Shown: positions 57,343-64,000 of the stretch, in pieces | Numbering within the stretch: position 1 is the stretch's first letter | How the letters are laid out: the number at the start of each line of letters is the position of its first letter | From: Terriglobia bacterium | Lineage (GTDB): Bacteria; Acidobacteriota; Polarisedimenticolia; Polarisedimenticolales; JAIQFR01 | Reading direction: 5' to 3' | NCBI GenBank assembly: GCA_963748015.1 | Contig: CAVVHE010000009.1 | Span: 384,001 to 448,000 of the forward strand | DNA: 64,000 bases | Translations under genes and position numbers: made by a program | Notes under the pieces: model-generated | Seen by the model: only the letters and a program-made list of their open reading frames with translations | The model's database searches: none | Told to the model about the DNA's origin: nothing

Positions 57343-59991
57343 TCAGGCGGGCAGCACCCTCACCACCACCAGCGTCATGTCGTCGTACTGAGGGGCGCCG
57401 GCGACGAAGCCATCGGCGCGCTCCAAGATTCGCTCGATCAGATGCGTCGCGCCGAGCTCCCCGCCGGCGGCGCGGAAGACCTCCTCGAGGCGCGCCTCTC
57501 CCCATTCCTCGTCCTCGGCGTTCATCGCCTCGCTGATCCCATCGGTGAAACCGACGAAGGTATCTCCCGGCCGCAGCGTGACCGAATTCTGGGTGAACTC
57601 CGCGTCCGGCATCAGTCCGACCACCATCCCGCCTTCCTTGAGCCGCACGACCTCCGAGCCGTCGCCCCGAAAGAGGAACGGCGGGTTGTGCCCCGCGTTG
57701 ACGTAGTCGAGCCGCTTCGTGGCGGGATCGAACTGCGCGTAGAAGAACGTGGCGTATCGGTTGTCCGGCGAGGCGTCGTGGACGAGGCGGTTCACCCTGG
57801 CCATCAGCTTCGAGAGATCTCGGGTGCCGTCGAGCGTCTGGCCGCGGAGCGACGCCTGAAGGCTCGCCATCAACAGTGCCGCGGGGATCCCCTTGCCCGA
57901 GATATCCCCGATGGCGATGCCGAGGCCCCCACCCGGAAGGGAGAGGAAGTCGAAGTAGTCCCCGCCGACCCTGGAGGCCGGACGGCAGGTCCCCGCGCAC
58001 TCGAGCCCCAGGACGTTCGGGATTTGCTGAGGGAACAACCGCTCCTGGACCTCGCGCGCGATCTCGATCTCGCGGTTAAGGCGCGCGCGCTGCGCCGTCT
58101 CCCTTACGATCTCCGAGGTCAGCCGGCAGTTCTCGAGGGCCAGCCCGGCCTGCGCCGCGACGTTCCGAAGGAGGCGCAGATCGGTCCGCGAATAGGGCTG
58201 CTCCGAGAGCTTCGGTCCGAGGCTGATCATCCCGAGGAGATTCCCTCTCGCGGCGAGAGGGAGGAGGATCTGGGTTCCGAGACTCTCGAGTACGCCGCGC
58301 TCTTCGGCCGGCACCCCCCCGTCCTGGTTCACCCACGACGCCGGGTCGTCGAAGTAGACGCCGACCGGACCGCGGGCCGCGCGCAGGACCTCGGCGGTCC
58401 TCGAAGACCCGGAGAATCTCTGGCCGTCTTGCGCATCGAGCCCCCGGCCGTGCGCGAGGACGAAGCCGCCCCCCTCCTCCGCGAAGACGCCGATACGGGC
58501 GATGTGCAGCGAGTCCGCGATCCGCCCGCTCACCGTCTCGAGCAGGGGCCCGGCCTCCACGATCGTGCGCACCTGCTCCCCCAGCTCCGTCAGCACCTGC
58601 TCCTCGTTGTAGGCGTCGCGGAAGAACCGCCGGTCGATCGCGAGGAGCGCCCTGGCCACCCGGCGCCGGACGACCACGATCAAGACGATCAGCGCCGCGA
58701 TGCCGGCGACCTTCCACGCGGCGCCGGCGCGCGAGAGCAGCAGCACGCGGAACACCAGCCAGCCGAGCGGCAGCATCCCGAAGAACACGAGAACGCGCAG
58801 CCCGCTCTTCACGAGGAGGTAGCGCGCGCCCATGCGCAGCGCGACCCTGACGTCCATGGCGCGCTCTACGACGATGACGTAGGCGAGGGTCAACGGGAAC
58901 AGGAAGATCGGCAGGAAGATCGCGACGAGGACCGCGATGGGAAGCTCGCCGAGGAGCCGCTTCGTGGCGAGGCCGTACAGGACGAGCCCGAAGAGCGGTG
59001 TCAGCGCCGCGGTGGATCCCGCCCGCAGCAGCCGCAGCCGTCGCTTCGAGTCCGGATTGGACGCGAACGAAGTCTTCATCGCCAGGCTCGCGAAGAACGA
59101 GCCGATGCAGGCGATGGAGACGGCGAGGGCGGGCCAACGGACGACGCGCTGCACCGCCAGGACCGGGGCCATCGCCGCCTGGTGCTCGAGGTTGCCGACG
59201 GAGAGCACGGTATCCAGGAGGCCGCCGGCGGCGACGATCGAGATCGGAATCCACTTGAGCCACGGCCGGCGCTGCTCCGCCCGGAACGGCTCGGGGAAGT
59301 AGAGGCCGAAGAGGAGCATGAAGATCGGCCAGCTCGCCTTGAGAGCCGTGGTGAAAGCGGCACCGGCCTCCCGCAACCCAGGCTCCCAGGACGCGACTTC
59401 CGGCTGCACGAGCTGCCCGAAGCCGAGCATCAATCCCAGCAGGATCCAGGCCCGCCGGTCGGATGGGCGTGCCGCCGTGGCCCACAGGCCGAGGAGCGTC
59501 CCGAAGAACGGCATCACGAGGCCGAGCACGCCGATGAAGATCCCGGCGAGCCACCCGCGGACCTGGGACTCCCCGGGGCGCCGGGCCGGCTCGAGGCGGA
59601 TGCGAGCCGTCCGCTCCTCGAGCGGATTCGCGGAGCCGGGGCGGCGAAAGACGATTTCGAGGGTGTCGCCGGCGCGGAGTTCCCGCATCGCCTCCGAAGC
59701 GGAGACCAGTCCTCGATAGGGGGTCGAGCCGATCCGGACCGGCAGGTCTCCCCCGGCGAGTCCCGCCGCCTCGGCTTCCGGCCGCACGGTAAGCACCGCC
59801 GCGGTATCCCTTTCCCAGGAGAACGGCGCGCGGATGGCGTCGTCCGATCGCCGGAGTCCGCCGATGATGTCGATCGCGGATCGGACGTGGTGGGCGAGGG
59901 CCACCAAGGCGATGGCCGCGAGGACGAGCAGGGTCCAGCGCGGCGCCCTGCGCCTCGGCGACGGGTCGTAGCCGCTGACGGAACTCGACAT
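57343..59991 (-). CDS. Membrane PP2C/SpoIIE (RsbU-like) phosphatase with PDZ-like and GAF domains
   Basis: A..AGL..GD (PDZ-like), multi-TM block, GAF (LG.KLSE.PY...D..LL), AREVQ, VGGDYFD, GDISGKG, NAGH, TDG..EA, DD.T. Confidence 0.9.
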   Translation of the reverse strand: MSSSVSGYDPSPRRRAPRWTLLVLAAIALVALAHHVRSAIDIIGGLRRSDDAIRAPFSWERDTAAVLTVRPEAEAAGLAGGDLPVRIGSTPYRGLVSASEAMRELRAGDTLEIVFRRPGSANPLEERTARIRLEPARRPGESQVRGWLAGIFIGVLGLVMPFFGTLLGLWATAARPSDRRAWILLGLMLGFGQLVQPEVASWEPGLREAGAAFTTALKASWPIFMLLFGLYFPEPFRAEQRRPWLKWIPISIVAAGGLLDTVLSVGNLEHQAAMAPVLAVQRVVRWPALAVSIACIGSFFASLAMKTSFASNPDSKRRLRLLRAGSTAALTPLFGLVLYGLATKRLLGELPIAVLVAIFLPIFLFPLTLAYVIVVERAMDVRVALRMGARYLLVKSGLRVLVFFGMLPLGWLVFRVLLLSRAGAAWKVAGIAALIVLIVVVRRRVARALLAIDRRFFRDAYNEEQVLTELGEQVRTIVEAGPLLETVSGRIADSLHIARIGVFAEEGGGFVLAHGRGLDAQDGQRFSGSSRTAEVLRAARGPVGVYFDDPASWVNQDGGVPAEERGVLESLGTQILLPLAARGNLLGMISLGPKLSEQPYSRTDLRLLRNVAAQAGLALENCRLTSEIVRETAQRARLNREIEIAREVQERLFPQQIPNVLGLECAGTCRPASRVGGDYFDFLSLPGGGLGIAIGDISGKGIPAALLMASLQASLRGQTLDGTRDLSKLMARVNRLVHDASPDNRYATFFYAQFDPATKRLDYVNAGHNPPFLFRGDGSEVVRLKEGGMVVGLMPDAEFTQNSVTLRPGDTFVGFTDGISEAMNAEDEEWGEARLEEVFRAAGGELGATHLIERILERADGFVAGAPQYDDMTLVVVRVLPA

Positions 59992-60194
59992 ATCGACCCT
60001 TCTCGAGCGTCTCGCCGCTCCCGCGGCCCCGGGAGCGCCGCGCACGGGGCGGCGAATTATACGACGGTGGCCGGGGCTCCCCGCGGGAGGAGGGGTCACC
60101 ACGCAATTGGACTTTCATCCCGGACCGAAGCGTCGTATATGAGTACCCGGGTCGGCCCGGGCCGCGGGGCCGCGGCCGCCCGAGGGGGGATACC

Positions 60195-63100
60195 ATGCCG
60201 ACTGGGATCCGTGTTATCGCCACGCCGAAGGGGACCATCCGGAACGCCGGCCTCTGCATCCTGCTGGCCACGCTCGCGCTCGTCGCATCCGCCGGGGCGC
60301 TAGAGGCCCAGGAGCCGCCCGTCACGAAGTACTTCGTGCAGGTCAAGTTGTCGACGTCCGAGGACGCCAAGGCGCTCGCGGAAGCGGGCTTCGACGTGGC
60401 CGGCGTGAGTCCGGACGACCGGAACGCCGGGGTCGTGGCCACCTACGACGACTTGAAGCGGTTGTACGCCCTAGGCTGGTCCTACACGATCGAGCGGCTC
60501 AACACGAGCGCCGAGTCCATCGAGGCCCTCGCCGACTACACGGATCCCCACGAGATGTCGGTCTACCTGGACCAGGTCGTCGCGGCCTATCCGACCCTGG
60601 TGCAGAAGATCGCGCTGACCGCCCCCCTGTTCGCGGGGGAGACGCAGTACGCCCTCAAGATCACGAAGGACGTCGCCGTCGACAACAACCGGCCCAGCTT
60701 CATCCTCGACGCGCAGCACCACGCGCGGGAGGTCATGACTCCGGAGATCGCGAGGGACATGATCGATTACCTGACCTCGCGTTATGCCACCGACACGCAG
60801 GTGCAGCGCTGGGTGGACAACATCAACATCTGGATCGTCCCCAGCGTGAACCCGGACGGCGCGATGTACGTCTTCACCACCGACAACATGTGGAGAAAGA
60901 ACCGGCACCCGACCTGCCAGGTGGACATCAACCGGAACTACGTCTTCGCGTGGGGAAGCTGCAACGGCTCGAGCGGCGCCTGCGCCGACGAGACCTACCG
61001 GGGAGTCGATCCGGGGTCGGAGCCCGAGTCCCAGGGAATTTCGACGCTCACCGGGAGCGTCCGCCCGTTCTTCACGCTGTCGTACCATTCGTACGGCGAG
61101 TACATGCTGTACCCGTACGGCTGCTCCGACCCCGACGAGATGGCCGCGATCAACGACGTCGCCGTCGGTCTCAACAACATCCTGCTCGAACGACGCCGGG
61201 CACGACCCCCTTCGCGGTGGCGTCTCGCACCGGCCCGATCCACTCCGCGATCTACCAGGTGGACGGGGGGAGCATCGACACGCAGTACGCCAGGTACGGC
61301 GCCTACGGCTTCTCGATCGAGGTCAACGCCACCGGGTTCCAGCCCGATTACGCGACCTGGCGGAACGTCACGGTGCAGCGCCAGCGGACCGCCTGGCAGT
61401 TCTTCCTCGACCGGACGCTCGACGGCCCGCAGATCCGCGGGACGGTCACCAACGCGGCGACGGGGCTGCCCGTGGCCGCGAACGTCGCCGTGCAGGAGGT
61501 GACCTTCACGCACGGCGAGACGCCGCGGCAATCGGACACCAAGGGGCAGTACCACTGGCTGGCCCGCAGCGGGCAGACCTACCACGTGACGTTCTCGAAG
61601 TCCGGCTACTGCTCGCTCACCCAGACCGTTTCGGTGGGGGCGGGGCCGGCGACGCTCGACGCCGCGATCGTTCAGCCGACGCCTCCCGCGCTCGTGAGCG
61701 CCACGGGGGCGGGGGACAACGCGATCGACGTGTCCTGGTCTCCCTCGATCTACGCCACCGAGTACAAGGTGTTCCGCTCGCTGAACTCGGGCGGCCCGTA
61801 CGCGCAGGTGGGGACGGTCACCGCCCCCGACACGGTCTTCCACGACACCGGCGTCTCGGGGAACGGCGACGTACTACTACGTCGTCCGCTCGCTGCAGCC
61901 CTGCGAGTCCGTGAATTCCGCGGAGGCGGCCGGCAGCACCACCGGCGCCTGCTTCGTCGGCCCGGCCTTCGGCGGGATCGCCTCCGTGACCAATCCCGCG
62001 GCATCGACCTGCACGATGGATCTCTCGTGGGCGGCGGCGTCCACGCGCTGCGGCGGGGCGGTGACGTACCGCGTGCACCGCGGCACGTCGCCGTCTTTCA
62101 TCCCCGACGCGGGCAACCTGATCGCGTCGGGAGTCGCGGCGACGGCGTACTCGGACGTCGCGGCCCTGACCGACGGGACCACGTACTACTACCTGGTGCG
62201 CGCGGTGGACGGCGCGAACGGCGCGGACGACGGGAACTCGGCCATCCTCTCGAGCAGCCCGACCGGCCCGGTGGCGACCGGTACGTGGACCGACGACGGC
62301 GGCGACACGGGAACCGCGAAGCTCCTGCTCGCGTCCCCCTGGTCCGTTCAGGCGACCGGGGGCAAGACGGGCCCCAATGTCTACGCGACCGGCAACTACA
62401 CGAACAACCTCTGCTCGGCGGTCACGTCCCCCGCGATCTCCGTCCAGAGCACCTCCGCGCTCAGCTTCGCGACGAAGTACGACATCGAGACGAGCTGGGA
62501 CGCGGGAATCGTCGAGGTGGCCCAGGGGCCGGCCTTCGGCACCTGGACCCGCCTCGCCACGGTGAATTATCCCGACGCCCTCCTGAACCTCGGCAACGCC
62601 TGCGGCTTCCCGAAGACCTTCTCGGGTACCGTGTTCTCCAAGACCTACGCGACCCCGGCGTATCCGGTGTCGGACTTCACCGGCTCGCTCGCCGCCTTCG
62701 CCGGCAAGGACATCAAGCTCCGGTGGCGCATCTCGTCCGACGCGACGGGGACCGGGAAGGGCTGGTGGCTGGACGACATCGCGGTCACGAACGCCGTGTT
62801 CAAGCAGGTGTGCACACCCGGAGCGGTGGAGTCGGTGCCGGTCGAGGTCAGCCCCGACGCCTCCCCGATGCTCGCCTCGCGCGCCGCGGCGGGGACCGCC
62901 GTGGACCTGGGCTACACCCCGGCCTGCGGGGCCGCGGACAACGTCGTGTACTGGGGCTACGGCCCGATCGCGGGCTCGCTCGCCTGGACCAACGCGGCGT
63001 GCGCCGTCGGCAACACGGGCACCGCTTCGTTCGATCCCGGCGATCCGGCCCCGGAGACCTTCCTCTACTTCGTGATCGTCGGCCAGAGCGCCACGAAGGA

Positions 63101-63209
63101 GGGAAGCTACGGCCGCGCGCTCACCGGGACCGGCCCCGTCGAGCGCCCCGAGGCCGTCGCGGTCGGCGCTTGCGACCGCCCGCAGGACCTGACCGGCGTC
63201 TGCCCGTAG
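60195..63209 (+). CDS. Secreted M14 zinc carboxypeptidase with regulatory-like, FN3 and C-terminal domains; at least two frameshifts
   Basis: HHARE, NPDG, WRKN, DINRNY, SEPE, YHSY.E..LYPY, GGS.D, F.IE; frames 60195, 60890 and 61911 join near 61190-61230 and 61865. Confidence 0.88.
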
Positions 63210-63219
63210 TCGCGGGCAC

Positions 63220-63288
63220 AGGCCGGGACCAGGAGCGTCCTCGCCGCCCCGAAAAAGGGGCGTCTCCGGACGCTCCTGGTCCCGGCCT
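63220..63288. repeat. Long hairpin between convergent genes, copy 2 of the structured repeat family (possible terminator)
   Basis: Perfect 21-bp outer stem, bulge, GCCCC-GAAAAA-GGGGC inner stem-loop. Confidence 0.78.
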
Positions 63289-63320
63289 CGGACGAGCAGC
63301 TGACGAGTCGAGGGTGGGGT

Positions 63321-64000
63321 CTACGCGGCGCCGATGCGGCGGGCGTGGGACTGGATCTGGTCCATCCAGCTCTTGAGGGCGGGGGCGTGCTCGCGCGGGA
63401 CGCACTCGCCGCAGATCTCGCTGGCGAGGGTCGCGACCGAGCGCCGACTCGACTCGAGGGAGGGCGTCCAGTCGGCCTCCCTCGAGAGATGGGACAGCAA
63501 TCCGTTGAGTTCGCTTAGACAGGCGGCGAGCTGAGCGAGGATCGCCTCGAGCACCGGCTCCTCGGGTGCCTGCTGCGGCCGGTAGAGCAGGTCGTGGACG
63601 GCGCGCAGCTCGCCCACGAAGACCATCGCGGTGCTCTCGAGGCGGCCGAGCAGGCGGTCGCGTGGCCAGTTCTCCTCGGCGCACGACGTGGCGATGGATC
63701 GCATCTCGGTGAACGCCAGGTGGAGGTTTGTCCTCACGCGGCCGAGGCGGTCCTCGAAGGCGATGTGATGGATCTCCTCGATCAGCTGCTCCTGGCGCCG
63801 GGACACGAGCTTCGAGACCAGCAGGCCGAAGAGCAGCAGGCCGGCGGCCCCCTCGGCGACCGCGATCAGGCGGGCGAGGCCGACCGGCACGACGTCGCCG
63901 TAGCCGAGCGACGTGGCGGTGACGAAGCTGAAGTAAATCGCGGCGAAGAGGCCGTGCCGGCCGGGGGCGACCGGCTTCCCTCCCTCGAGAAGCGCCAGCG
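63321..64000 (-). CDS. Potassium channel family protein (5' partial)
   Basis: Frame upstream of the listed ORF reads AAIYFSFVTATSLGYGDVVP (GYGD filter), followed by a TM helix and helical tail. Confidence 0.88.
   Translation of the reverse strand, partial: LALLEGGKPVAPGRHGLFAAIYFSFVTATSLGYGDVVPVGLARLIAVAEGAAGLLLFGLLVSKLVSRRQEQLIEEIHHIAFEDRLGRVRTNLHLAFTEMRSIATSCAEENWPRDRLLGRLESTAMVFVGELRAVHDLLYRPQQAPEEPVLEAILAQLAACLSELNGLLSHLSREADWTPSLESSRRSVATLASEICGECVPREHAPALKSWMDQIQSHARRIGAA

Noticed and set aside
795..63922. Many long alternative-frame and antisense ORFs (e.g. 795-3554, 9166-12429, 54270-57269, 57253-60303)
   Set aside because: Arg/Pro/Gly/Ala-rich shadows of recognisable genes, expected in very GC-rich DNA.
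1..64000. CRISPR array, rRNA or tRNA genes
   Set aside because: No regularly spaced direct repeats and no recognisable tRNA or rRNA motifs; a covariance-model scan was not possible.

Overview
Very GC-rich bacterial DNA, densely coding; gene content and style suggest an Acidobacteriota-type or similar environmental genome (inference). Several isolated single-base frameshifts look like long-read assembly errors. Left to right: a secreted M36 (fungalysin) metalloprotease; a HEAT/DUF4388-like protein; a 2088-aa TamB-Omp85 fusion; a divergent SelO-like protein; a TMTC-like glycosyltransferase; a group 3b [NiFe]-hydrogenase operon embedded among signalling genes, with a sigma-54 promoter, two candidate enhancer boxes and a convergent NtrC-family activator; a PadR/HAAS pair; a secreted zincin; slyD; hypothetical genes; a Cys/Met PLP enzyme; a second TMTC paralogue; a sodium:solute symporter; a decayed integron cassette array with no integrase in the window; a putative glycan-degradation operon (GH20, clan GH-A hydrolase, CutC, PNGase-like transglutaminase, GH38); an SPFH-RHH-GPP34 operon; a membrane PP2C phosphatase; a secreted M14 carboxypeptidase; and a partial K+ channel. 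Best candidates for new biology: (i) a Cys-patterned C-terminal domain shared by two unrelated secreted proteases, possibly a sorting signal; (ii) the single-chain TamB-Omp85; (iii) the PNGase-like/CutC glycan locus; (iv) the sigma-54 hydrogenase circuit with a Cys-to-Glu cluster ligand; (v) covarying hairpin repeats and MITE-like elements. No rRNA, tRNA or CRISPR array was seen. All family calls are from motif recognition, not database searches.
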